64,000 nucleotides of DNA from Thecamonas trahens ATCC 50062. Lineage: Eukaryota; Protista; Apusomonadida. A model generated the notes under the pieces. It was not told where the DNA came from and searched no databases. It saw nothing but the letters and a program-made list of their open reading frames with translations. A program made the position numbers and the translations under genes. Position 1 is the first letter of the stretch. Each line of letters begins with the position of its first letter. Below, one piece after another: positions 21,894 through 31,040 of the stretch. The stretch lies in NCBI RefSeq assembly GCF_000142905.1, contig NW_013657679.1, positions 445,076 to 509,075 of the forward strand, in the 5' to 3' direction.

Positions 21894-22583
21894 CAGGGCA
21901 GTGCCAAGGGAGATGGGCAGGCGTCGAGCAAGAGCGCGAGCCAGGCTGCCGGGGCTGGTGGGAAGTCAGGCGGCTTTGCTGCCGGCTTTGCGGCCGGGGC
22001 CGGGTCGGGTGCTGCAGCAGCCGACGGCGCACGGTACGGAGGGAACGGTGGCAGTGCCCGGGCCGAGCCGGGGCCGGACTTTGGCGGACACGCGTCAGTG
22101 CCGCGGGCACGGTACATGCAGGCTTCGCTGCCGTACGAGAGCACCGAGGTCCTGCTCCGCCAGCTAAGCGACGTCAAGGAGGAGCACGAGCAGCTGCGGA
22201 AGCAGCTGGCGGACGCCGCCGAGGCAGCCGCTGCCGGCAAGGTACAGTCGGCGGACGCAGCTCGCAAGCGTGCCGAGGCCGAAGCTAAACGCTTGCGGAC
22301 CCGCCACGAGTCGGAACGGGCCCGCCAGGACGCCGAGCTGCGCAAGGTCTCGGCATCGTCGGCCGCCGCCGCGTCGGCCGAGGTCGACGCCATGGCCGCG
22401 CTCGAGGCCCAGCTGCAGCGCTGGCAGGGTGTCGACTCACTTGATGCCCGCGACTTTAAGAACTCGCGTTGTCCCGACGCCCGCAAGGCGCTTGTGGACT
22501 GCTACCGTGCCGCAGGCCACGACGTCCTCGCCTGTGCCGCCGAAGTCGAGGCCTTCCGCAAGTGCGCCGCCACTCACGCATAA
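21654..22583 (+). CDS. MICOS subunit Mic19/CHCHD3-like
   Basis: MGARES N-myristoylation motif, LRITNNLVEALL, coiled coil, and a C-terminal twin CX9C (CPDARKALVDC...CAAEVEAFRKC). Confidence 0.75.
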
Positions 22584-22700
22584 AACAGATCGCTCTCTCG
22601 CGCACAGTCGCCGGGCCGGCGTCGTCCGCTCCTAGTCGCCGGTCGCCGATCGGTCCGGCAGCGTCCGCTCACCGTCCCCACCTCACTCGCCCGCTCCCCG

Positions 22701-24119
22701 ATGACGGCTAAGAGAAGCGCTCCTGGGACATGGCAGCGAGCCGTGCTGGTGGCAGTGGCACTGCTGGTGGTAGTGCTCATGGCGACGGCCGAGGCCGGTG
22801 CGGCACGGCGGTCGCTGGCGCCGTTTGTGGCGCCGTTCTTTGTGGCTCGGTCGCCGCTGGCGCCGTCGCCGCCTGCTCCGCTGGGCGAGTGGGCAGAGAC
22901 GGCGGTAGCGGAGCAGGTGCCTTCGGTGCTGCGGGCGCCGCCCGAGGTGGCCGCTTGGGGCGCGACAGCAAAGTGGACGCCCGAGTATCTGGACGAGGCC
23001 CTGGGCCAGAGCCCGCTGCCGGCCAAGCTTCAAAGCTATGGGTCAGCGAGTGCGGCGTTCTTCCCGCGCGGCTGCTGCCCGCTCGGCCCGATGACGGCCA
23101 AGGCGGTGATGGACGGGACCAGTGGCTACGGCTATGCCTCGGTGCCGGGCGAGTGGTTCCTGGCCAAGGACGCGCGTTTGGCGGCAGACATCGGGTCGCT
23201 GGCGCCGTTTGTGGCGCCGCTCGGCGCGCATGTCGATGACATCGTCCACCAGCTCTGGCTCTCGTCGCGCGGCGTGGTCACCCCGCTCCACGATGACTAC
23301 CCGGCCAACTTTTTCGTCCAGCTCTACGGCTCCAAGGAGCTTGTACTCTTCCCGCCCGAGGCCTACCGTGATCTGGGTCTCTTTCCGCGCTCCTCCTTTT
23401 ACCACCGCCAGCTGGCGGTCGACCTGCGGCTCGATCCGGGCCGCGGCTCGCCATGCTGGCCCGGTCCGCTCCCGTGCACCCTCCCGCACTCGCTCTTTGC
23501 AACCAACAAGACGGCATGGAAAGAGCGCATGGCCGCGCTTCAGGGCGCAGGGCTTCGGGTTGTTCTCAACGAGGGCGACGTGCTCTACCTCCCGCCACTC
23601 TGGTTCCACACTGTGCGAACGCACGACGCATCGATCTCGACCAACTTTTGGGTCCACCATCCGGCGCTGCTGGAGTTGGACAGGTTGTGGGAAGTGAAGG
23701 CCCCAAGCTCGCCGAGCGCACTGCGCGCCGTTGTTGCCGGCCTTGCTCACCGCTTTGGTCCAGACTTTGTCCTCTCTGTTCGCGATCGCTGGCTCGCCGG
23801 CGAGGCCATGACCGCGCTCCACGACTCGATCCACCCCGAAGACCCCGACTGGAAGGGCTATCTCGAGGAGGATCGGTCGACACCGCTGGCCGCGCGGGTG
23901 ATGGCTGATCCGCTCACCTGCCCTGCGGGCGATAGTGAGTACGCGGCGGCTGGCGGCGACGGCGCTCCTGCTGCGCTTGTCGCTGTTCTCGACATTGTGG
24001 CTGCCGCCGAGAACGCCGGCGGCAGTGCCGGACAGATCGAGATTGTTGTCGGCCACTGGCTCGAGGCAGCTGTCGAGCATGTCGTGCAGGGTGCATGGGC
24101 GTGTGTCCTGGAGCCGTAG
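22701..24119 (+). CDS. JmjC (cupin-8) 2OG-Fe(II) hydroxylase with N-terminal signal/TM segment
   Basis: KWTPEYL, LWLS, TPLHDD (HxD), NFFVQLYGSK, LNEGDVLYLPPLWFHTV and SISTNFW. Confidence 0.87.
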   Translation: MTAKRSAPGTWQRAVLVAVALLVVVLMATAEAGAARRSLAPFVAPFFVARSPLAPSPPAPLGEWAETAVAEQVPSVLRAPPEVAAWGATAKWTPEYLDEALGQSPLPAKLQSYGSASAAFFPRGCCPLGPMTAKAVMDGTSGYGYASVPGEWFLAKDARLAADIGSLAPFVAPLGAHVDDIVHQLWLSSRGVVTPLHDDYPANFFVQLYGSKELVLFPPEAYRDLGLFPRSSFYHRQLAVDLRLDPGRGSPCWPGPLPCTLPHSLFATNKTAWKERMAALQGAGLRVVLNEGDVLYLPPLWFHTVRTHDASISTNFWVHHPALLELDRLWEVKAPSSPSALRAVVAGLAHRFGPDFVLSVRDRWLAGEAMTALHDSIHPEDPDWKGYLEEDRSTPLAARVMADPLTCPAGDSEYAAAGGDGAPAALVAVLDIVAAAENAGGSAGQIEIVVGHWLEAAVEHVVQGAWACVLEP

Positions 24120-24141
24120 CTACTTGCGAGTGTTACTTGGC

Positions 24142-26274
24142 TCAGCTCTGTTGCCAGCCCGTCGACGACTCGGGGCGCCGCACAATCTCGCGGTTGTCCA
24201 GCGAGAAGCGGGCAAGCATGGAGCTGTCTGTGGTGGCGAGTACGTCCGCAAGTGTCGATGGCGCGTTGATGGCCTCTTCGCCAGGCTTGCAGAGCACAAT
24301 GCAGTCGATAGCGTGGATCTTGTGAAAGTTGACGGCGAGGCGCGGGTTGTCGGGCTCGAGACGGGCGGCCATTTCAAAGTCTGCGGCGGCAGCATCCATG
24401 AGATCCATAGCCTTGAGGGCAAAAGCGCGGCGAAAGTATGCGTGGGCATTGCCAGGCTGGGCCTCGATGACGGCGGTAAAGTCTGCGACGGCGTCCTCCT
24501 CGCAGCCCATGAGCTGGAGTGCCTTTGCGCGCTCGTGGAGATACTCGATGCGGTCCGAGCGCAGCGAGAGAGCCAGCGAAAAGTGGCGGACGCCCTCGGC
24601 GTGCATGCCGCCGTGACAGAAGCAGAGCCCGATGTGGTAGTGACAGTCGGGAGCGACAGCGTCGTCGATGCCGTGGTTGAGGGCGTCGACAAAGTCGTTG
24701 ACGGCTTTCTTGTACTTGGACTGCCCGTAGTACGCGAGACCGCGCACGTAGGTCAGCTTGGGATCGTTGCTGTCAAACGAGATGGCGAGCTTGAGGTCAG
24801 CCACTGCGCGCTTGTACAGGCCCATCTGGACGTAGCACTGCCCACGGTTGAAGAGAAAAGTTGGTCTGTGCGGATCGAGCTGGATGGCACGGGTAAAGTA
24901 GGCAACGGCCTCGTGCCACTCGCCCACGGCCTTCTTGGTGAGCGCGAGGCAGTTGAAGACAAGTGGGTCGGCGTCGCCGAGCCGCAGCGCCTCGGAAAAG
25001 TCGTGGAGCGCAGCCGGGTAGCGGCCGAGGTGGAGGAGCGAGTTGCCGCGATTGTAGTACGCCGACATGTACTCGGGCTCGAGCTCGAGGGCGGTGTCAA
25101 AGTTCTCAAGAGCCTGCTCGTGCGAGCCCTCGTCTTGCAGCACCATGCCGCGGCGCTCGTAGGCACGCGGATCCTCAGGCACCAGCCGGATGACCTTGGT
25201 GAAGCAGTCGTAGGCCGCGGCGTGTTGGAGGGTGGCGTGGTACATGAGGCCGATGTGGTAGAGCGACGGGACGTAGGCCGGCTCCTGCCCCAGCGCGAGC
25301 TCAAACTGGATGATGGCGGCCTCGTAGTCCTCCTGGATCTGAAACGCCCAGCCCTTGGAGTGGTAGAAGAGTGCCACCGAGGGGTTGATGGAGATGGCCT
25401 CGTCAAACATTTCGTGGGCCGACTCAAAGCGCTTGGTAGCGAGGAGGCACTTGCCGAGGTTGAGGTAAAAGTACGGGTCTGAGCCCTCGAGCGCAATGGC
25501 CTCGCGGAACTCGGAGATGGCTGCCGAGTGCTGGCCCAGCCGGTAGAGCGCAAGTCCCTTGTTGTTGTGGTAGAACGCCTTTTGCGCATCGCGAGAGAGC
25601 TCGCCCGGCACAGCCAGTCCCGAAAACTTGATGGCGGCGGTAAAGCAGTTGATCGCCTTGGCAAAGTCGCCGCGCTCAAAGTACGCAAGGCCGAGGTTGT
25701 TGTGGATCGCCGGATTGCGCGCGTTGAACGAGACCGCAGTCTCAAAGCACTCGACAGCCTTGGCGAGGTCTTCAGGCGTGGCGAGCTTGCGGTAGACGAG
25801 GCCGCGGCAAAAGTGGACGTTGGCGCCCGAGACTCCAAGCTTGACTGCCATGTTGTAGTCGTTGCGGGCTTTGATAAACTGCTCCGACGCCGCAAAGCTC
25901 TGCCCGCGATGAAAGTAGTACTCGCCAAGCGCAGGGTCCTTGCGATCCTTGGCGATGGCCTTCTTGTGGTGGCGGAAGGCCTCGGAGAACCGTCCGAGCT
26001 TGGCCTCGGTCTGCGCCCGAGCATCGTAGTAGGCGGCGGTCGAGATGAACTTGCCACACTCTTCCAAATGCTGCAGCGCCTCCTTGTACTGCCCGTTGGC
26101 ATGCAGCGCCTGCGCGAGGTGCAGCCGGAACTCGGGATCGTTCTGCGAGTCGAGCAGGGCCGTGGTGAAGGCTGAGATTGCCAGCTCGTAGTTGCCGTCC
26201 CGCATGCACTCTTGCCCGCGCTTGAAGTGCTGCTGCACCCGCGGGTGATGCATGGCCCGCCGCCGGCTTGCCAT
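24142..26274 (-). CDS. Tetratricopeptide-repeat protein (many TPRs)
   Basis: Continuous 34-aa repeats (YYFHRG, IHNNLGLAY, AYYNRGNS, FLFNRGQC, AYFRRAFA). Start MASRRR at 26274. Confidence 0.9.
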   Translation of the reverse strand: MASRRRAMHHPRVQQHFKRGQECMRDGNYELAISAFTTALLDSQNDPEFRLHLAQALHANGQYKEALQHLEECGKFISTAAYYDARAQTEAKLGRFSEAFRHHKKAIAKDRKDPALGEYYFHRGQSFAASEQFIKARNDYNMAVKLGVSGANVHFCRGLVYRKLATPEDLAKAVECFETAVSFNARNPAIHNNLGLAYFERGDFAKAINCFTAAIKFSGLAVPGELSRDAQKAFYHNNKGLALYRLGQHSAAISEFREAIALEGSDPYFYLNLGKCLLATKRFESAHEMFDEAISINPSVALFYHSKGWAFQIQEDYEAAIIQFELALGQEPAYVPSLYHIGLMYHATLQHAAAYDCFTKVIRLVPEDPRAYERRGMVLQDEGSHEQALENFDTALELEPEYMSAYYNRGNSLLHLGRYPAALHDFSEALRLGDADPLVFNCLALTKKAVGEWHEAVAYFTRAIQLDPHRPTFLFNRGQCYVQMGLYKRAVADLKLAISFDSNDPKLTYVRGLAYYGQSKYKKAVNDFVDALNHGIDDAVAPDCHYHIGLCFCHGGMHAEGVRHFSLALSLRSDRIEYLHERAKALQLMGCEEDAVADFTAVIEAQPGNAHAYFRRAFALKAMDLMDAAAADFEMAARLEPDNPRLAVNFHKIHAIDCIVLCKPGEEAINAPSTLADVLATTDSSMLARFSLDNREIVRRPESSTGWQQS

Positions 26275-26455
26275 AATGCTCTGGACTGTGGTGCGGTGTG
26301 CGGTGCGGTGCCGGTGCCGGTGAGGTGAGGTGGTTGCCCTTGGCTTGGGGGCGTGCGGTCGGCAGCCGTCGACCGTTGCGGCTGTCGCCGCCACCCACGC
26401 GACGAGCTGCTGCCCTTCTTCCCCTCCACACCCACGCTGCCACACCCGACTCGGG

Positions 26456-27976
26456 ATGGCGTCGCCCCACAGGGTTCTTCCGCCCATTGCCAGTCCCACA
26501 CCTGCTTCGCGCGCTTCGCCCTCACCTGGCGGCCGCAAGGCCAAGGCTCAGGGCGCGGGCGAGGTCGAGGCTGAGGTCGGCCCGAGGCCGAGCGGCGGCG
26601 CCGGGTGCGTGGACCTTCCGCGGTTCCCGCCCCCGCCGGCAAGCGAGGAAGCTGCAGAGGTGGCGAGTGCATGGCGGCGGGCGTACCAGTGGGCGTGTGG
26701 TGCGGCGCGCAAGGTGGCCGAGCAAGACGCGGCGCTGCGAGTTGTGCGGACCGAGGCCCGGAAGGCGCTGACCGACGGCGAGCAGCTGCGGGCCGAGATC
26801 ATCCGGCTGCGGGCGGACGTCAAGGCGGCGCGGAACAATGTGGCAGGCAGCAGCGGCGGTGGATGCTCAGGCGGGGTGCCGAGCCGAAACTCGCCCATGT
26901 CGGCCCGGGCCAACGCCGAGATGGCCAAGCTGCGGAGCGAGAACAAGGTGCTGCGAAACGAGCTCGCCGAGGCGCACGAAAAGGCGCGCGCCATGGAGGC
27001 GCGGATGATCGCCTTTGAGCAGTCGGCACAGCGGACCCGAAAAGAGGCGACGGCGGTGGTGGACGCCAATGTCACTTCGATGGAGACCGCCGTCTTCCGC
27101 GCAGACTCGGAGACCGCCCGCTGGAAGCGCCGCCACGCCGCCTTGCACAAGAAGTATGAGGCGATGAGAGTCCAGAACGAGCGCGACAAGCGGAAGCGCG
27201 CGGCGCAGGCTGAGCTCTTTGCTAGCGAACTCAAAGTCCAGCGCAACAAGTATGTAATCCTCCAGACCAAGTACGACGCCGAAGTGACCAAGAACCAACC
27301 GCCGATCTCAAAGGCCATGCTCCTGCTCCACGAAAAGGCGGCCCACTGGCTCGACAAGTACCGCGTGCTCAAACTTACGCACGAGGCGCTCGTTGCCGAC
27401 CACGAGGCGCTTGTCACCGAGCACAAGGCTAACACTGTCGAGCTGCGGCGGGCCCGCGACAAGCTGCAGCTGATAGCGCAGACCGCCCCGTCGGATGAGG
27501 CTGTCGACGCTGTGATGCCTAGTGCTGTCGGCCGCGACTCACTCGTGCCCGCACACTTGGCCGACACACTCCACGCTATGCTCACCGATGCCGACGTCGC
27601 CGAGCGCATTGTGCGCAACCCGGCTGCCTTTCTGCACGCCTCCATCTTGAGCCTCGAAGAGCACTCGCTCATCGATCCCGGTGAGGCGCTCGGCCTCTCA
27701 GCCGGTGTCCGCGCCCTCGAAGCGCTTCTCAACGCGGCCCGGGCGCCCAAGGTAGACGTTGAGGCCGAGGCTAAGAAGTCCGCAGAGGAGATCGAGACCG
27801 CCTCTATGGTCCGCGAGCTCCAGTCCATGCAGGCAACCATGGCCCGGTTGGAAGCTTCTGCCGAACAGCTCCACACCGAGGTCCGCCACTGGAAGGCCGA
27901 GAACCGCAAGGCCGCTGCCCGCATCGCCAAGCTCGAGGCCCTGCTCCGCGAAGCCCAAGACACGGGCCATGCCTGA
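26456..27976 (+). CDS. Hypothetical coiled-coil protein
   Basis: Long ORF with heptad-rich helices, divergent from the TPR gene; no family recognised. Confidence 0.7.
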   Translation: MASPHRVLPPIASPTPASRASPSPGGRKAKAQGAGEVEAEVGPRPSGGAGCVDLPRFPPPPASEEAAEVASAWRRAYQWACGAARKVAEQDAALRVVRTEARKALTDGEQLRAEIIRLRADVKAARNNVAGSSGGGCSGGVPSRNSPMSARANAEMAKLRSENKVLRNELAEAHEKARAMEARMIAFEQSAQRTRKEATAVVDANVTSMETAVFRADSETARWKRRHAALHKKYEAMRVQNERDKRKRAAQAELFASELKVQRNKYVILQTKYDAEVTKNQPPISKAMLLLHEKAAHWLDKYRVLKLTHEALVADHEALVTEHKANTVELRRARDKLQLIAQTAPSDEAVDAVMPSAVGRDSLVPAHLADTLHAMLTDADVAERIVRNPAAFLHASILSLEEHSLIDPGEALGLSAGVRALEALLNAARAPKVDVEAEAKKSAEEIETASMVRELQSMQATMARLEASAEQLHTEVRHWKAENRKAAARIAKLEALLREAQDTGHA

Positions 27977-28144
27977 TCCCTCTTTAAGCGCAACAGTGAA
28001 CTGCTGGCAGCCTGCGGTTTTCGCCATGGCCGCGCCGCCAAACCTGGCCGCTGGCACTACAGACTGCTTCCAGACCGGTCCGCCCGCGCCCGGCGCCCCC
28101 GAGACGCAGACAGCGACAGAGCCAGATACCTGGCTCAGTGGCCC

Positions 28145-29638
28145 ATGGCCGCCCCTCATCCGCAGCAATGGCGGGTGGTGCTTGGTCCAGGTGGCAGCGT
28201 CCGGCGAGTTCACGCCTTGCTCTTTGGCCTCGCGCCAGGCACCGCTGCCAGCGCGGTGGCTGCAGCACCTGCCCGCCCTGCCCCCGCCTCCCGCCCACTC
28301 CCGCGCATCCTCTCGCTGACCGATTCGGTGCCTGCCGCGGCGACGCTGTCGCTGTTCCAGCTGCCGGACGGGCCACGCGCTCCGGTGGCCTACGTCGTCC
28401 TGCCCAACGACCGCAGGCTCGCCATCCCGCTGACGCCAACCTCCACTGCCGGCGTTGTCCTTGCGGCAGCCGTCGCCGCCGTCGCTCCCCGCGTTCTGCC
28501 GGACCTCTCCCGATGGGCGCTTTTTGACGATGCTGGTAACAGGCTTGAGGTCTTTGACGAGCTCCTCCCGCGGGTCTGCTCTCCGGTTGCCTCCCAGTCG
28601 GCGCCGCAGCTGACTATCTCCATTCCGCCAGCTGCCGCCCACCCCGACGCGGATGCCGACGACTCGCCTCCTCCGCCAACCTCGCCCCTCTCACCGGACT
28701 CGGCCAAGCGCAGATCGCGACTGGCGCGGCTGTCGCGGTCGACGTCGATGCTGCTGCGCTGGTCGCGGTTGTCGTCGACAAGCTCGCGCAGGCCGCCACC
28801 GCCCACGCCAGCTCCGCCGGCAACGGCTGCTTCCGGCACAACGCACAGCAGCAGTGTCGAGACAGCGCTGCTCAGCGGCGTCGGTCTCAACAGCAGTATC
28901 GAGCTGCACTTGGTCAAGCTCGCAGCCGACGTTGCCGACGCGCAAACTGCCCGGCTGGTCCTCGATTGGCCGGCATCTTACAACCCGCCGGTCACCGTCG
29001 CGCTCTCCCGTCCGATTGGATCGTACGCAGAGCGGGTGGCGCTAGCGGTCACAGCGTGGAGCCTCCACGGTGTCGATCCGCTTTCGGCCCACCTAGTGCT
29101 CGAGTTTGATGGCTCCAGAGCCGTGGCCACGCTCCGGACGCTGCCGTCGCTTGCGGGAGGCACGCCGTCGCCGGCTTGTGCCGTTGTCGGCGGCGACGAG
29201 CTCATGGGCGCCACGCTACGGCTGGACGTCCCGACGTCCATCGCCGGCCTCACATATGAGCGGGATGCCCGGCGGCTTCGTCGAGCCATCCGCCGCCGCG
29301 CTAGGCTCAAGGCCCTGCTCAAGGTCAAGGCCTCGCTCAAGGCAGCCGTCAAGGAGCTCCGAACCGAGCAGCCGCTGCAGCCGCCGGCTTCCCTCACCCA
29401 TCGCCGCCTCGCTGAGCTTGCCCGCGGCGAGGCGGCCAAAGCATGGGGCCGTGAAAGCAAGAACCGCTTGCTCGAGCCAAACGCCGTTCTTGCGACCGAT
29501 CTGGCCAGCGTCTATGAGGCCTACGTGTTGACCTCGGAGCATGTGGCCACCCTCAAGACCGCCGTCCGCTCACTGCCAACGCCATCACCAGCCCATTCTG
29601 TCCTGCCCGACTTGCTTCGCCAGACCAAGCCGGAGTAG
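28145..29638 (+). CDS. Hypothetical protein, possible degenerate RA/ubiquitin-like domain
   Basis: 497-aa ORF filling the interval. RRLAIPLTPTSTAGVV...RWALFD...RLEVFDELL loosely resembles an RA fold. Confidence 0.55.
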   Translation: MAAPHPQQWRVVLGPGGSVRRVHALLFGLAPGTAASAVAAAPARPAPASRPLPRILSLTDSVPAAATLSLFQLPDGPRAPVAYVVLPNDRRLAIPLTPTSTAGVVLAAAVAAVAPRVLPDLSRWALFDDAGNRLEVFDELLPRVCSPVASQSAPQLTISIPPAAAHPDADADDSPPPPTSPLSPDSAKRRSRLARLSRSTSMLLRWSRLSSTSSRRPPPPTPAPPATAASGTTHSSSVETALLSGVGLNSSIELHLVKLAADVADAQTARLVLDWPASYNPPVTVALSRPIGSYAERVALAVTAWSLHGVDPLSAHLVLEFDGSRAVATLRTLPSLAGGTPSPACAVVGGDELMGATLRLDVPTSIAGLTYERDARRLRRAIRRRARLKALLKVKASLKAAVKELRTEQPLQPPASLTHRRLAELARGEAAKAWGRESKNRLLEPNAVLATDLASVYEAYVLTSEHVATLKTAVRSLPTPSPAHSVLPDLLRQTKPE

Positions 29639-29830
29639 ATGCGCTGAGGACAACTCAGCAATCGGTGCGCGCCGCAGTTCAAGATCTCCAGCTCACCGCT
29701 CCTGCGCCGTCCGGCGGCAACCACCCGCCACGCCGGCACCAAAAGGGATCCAACGCCCCTTTGGCCTTAAAGCCAGTCCCCCAGCCCAGCCCCCACCCCA
29801 CTCTGCCCTACCCCTACCGCAGCCGGAGCT

Positions 29831-31036
29831 ATGGCCGCACACGTGGAGGCGTCCGCGCCGGGAAAGGTCATTCTCTTTGGCGAGCACTCGGTGGTGTACG
29901 GCAAGCCGGCGGTGGCCGCTGCCGTGGCGCTGCGGACCTCTTCGCAGCTGACCAGCCCTGCGCCCGACGGCACGCCCACCCTCACTGTCGAGCTGCCGGA
30001 CATTGGCGTGACGCGGACCTGGCCGCTGGAGCGGCTGCAAGTCTTCCTCGCCTCGGACGATGCGGGCGTGCTGGCTGACGCCCCGCTCCCGCTGGCCTCC
30101 CCGCCGCGCCCGGAGCCGGCGCTCGTCGACGCCCTCACCGCCTCCCTGCTGGAGGACGGCGATCATGCCGCGATTGCCGCCTTCCTCTACCTGTACATCG
30201 GCATTCTCCGCCGCGCCGACGGCACTGTTCCGTCAGGCAAGGTCCGCGCTGCGTCGCAGCTTCCGATCGGCGCCGGCCTCGGCTCGTCGGCAGCGTTCTC
30301 GGCGTGCTTGGCAGCGGCGGCCATGCGGGCGTCACCGCAGGCGGCCGCCGAGCTGCAGTGGGGCGACGAGACGAGCGGCGAGGCCGCGCCGGCGCCAGCC
30401 ACCCTCGACGCCATCAATGCATGGGCTTTTTGCGCAGAGGTTGTCATCCACGGCACCCCGTCGGGCATCGACAACACCGTCTCCACCTTTGGCGCCGCCG
30501 TCCGCTACGAGGCCGCCGTCTCGAGCCCGGTTGCGCTGCCGTCGCTCTCGCTGCTTCTTGTGGACACTCGCGTTCCGCGGTCGACCAAGACGCTTGTCGC
30601 CGGTGTGCGCGCCAAGCGCGACACGTTTCCGGACGTCATGGACCCGGTGCTTGACGCCATGGGCGCGCTCGCCGACAGCGCTGTCGGCGTTCTGAGCGCC
30701 CTGGCCCACAGCCCGGCGAGCGACGACGCCGTTAGCGAGCTCGGCGAGCTGGTAGAGACAAACCAGGCGCTGCTTGCAGCCATTGGAGTCTCGCACCCGG
30801 CGTTGGCTACAGTCATGACAACTGCAGCGCGCCACGGCTTTCCAGCCAAGCTCACTGGCGCCGGCGGCGGCGGCTGCGCCATCATCCTCCTCCCTCCCGG
30901 CTGCGACGCCGCCGTCGAGGACGCGCTCGTTGCCGAGCTCGAGAGCATGGTCTTTTACAACAACGAGCACGTTAAGGTCATCCGGACCTCGATTGGCACG
31001 CCCGGCGTGACGTTGCGGCTGTGCCCGACTCTATGA
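29831..31036 (+). CDS. MVK: Mevalonate kinase
   Basis: SAPGKVILFGEHSVVYGKPA, LPIGAGLGSSAA, HGTPSGIDN, IGVSHP and AKLTGAGGGGC. Confidence 0.96.
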   Translation: MAAHVEASAPGKVILFGEHSVVYGKPAVAAAVALRTSSQLTSPAPDGTPTLTVELPDIGVTRTWPLERLQVFLASDDAGVLADAPLPLASPPRPEPALVDALTASLLEDGDHAAIAAFLYLYIGILRRADGTVPSGKVRAASQLPIGAGLGSSAAFSACLAAAAMRASPQAAAELQWGDETSGEAAPAPATLDAINAWAFCAEVVIHGTPSGIDNTVSTFGAAVRYEAAVSSPVALPSLSLLLVDTRVPRSTKTLVAGVRAKRDTFPDVMDPVLDAMGALADSAVGVLSALAHSPASDDAVSELGELVETNQALLAAIGVSHPALATVMTTAARHGFPAKLTGAGGGGCAIILLPPGCDAAVEDALVAELESMVFYNNEHVKVIRTSIGTPGVTLRLCPTL

Positions 31037-31040
31037 GGTG

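Noticed and set aside
17701-31036. GGPS1 and MVK as an isoprenoid gene cluster
   Set aside because: They are about 11 kb apart with six unrelated genes between; no terpene cyclase or tailoring enzyme is present.
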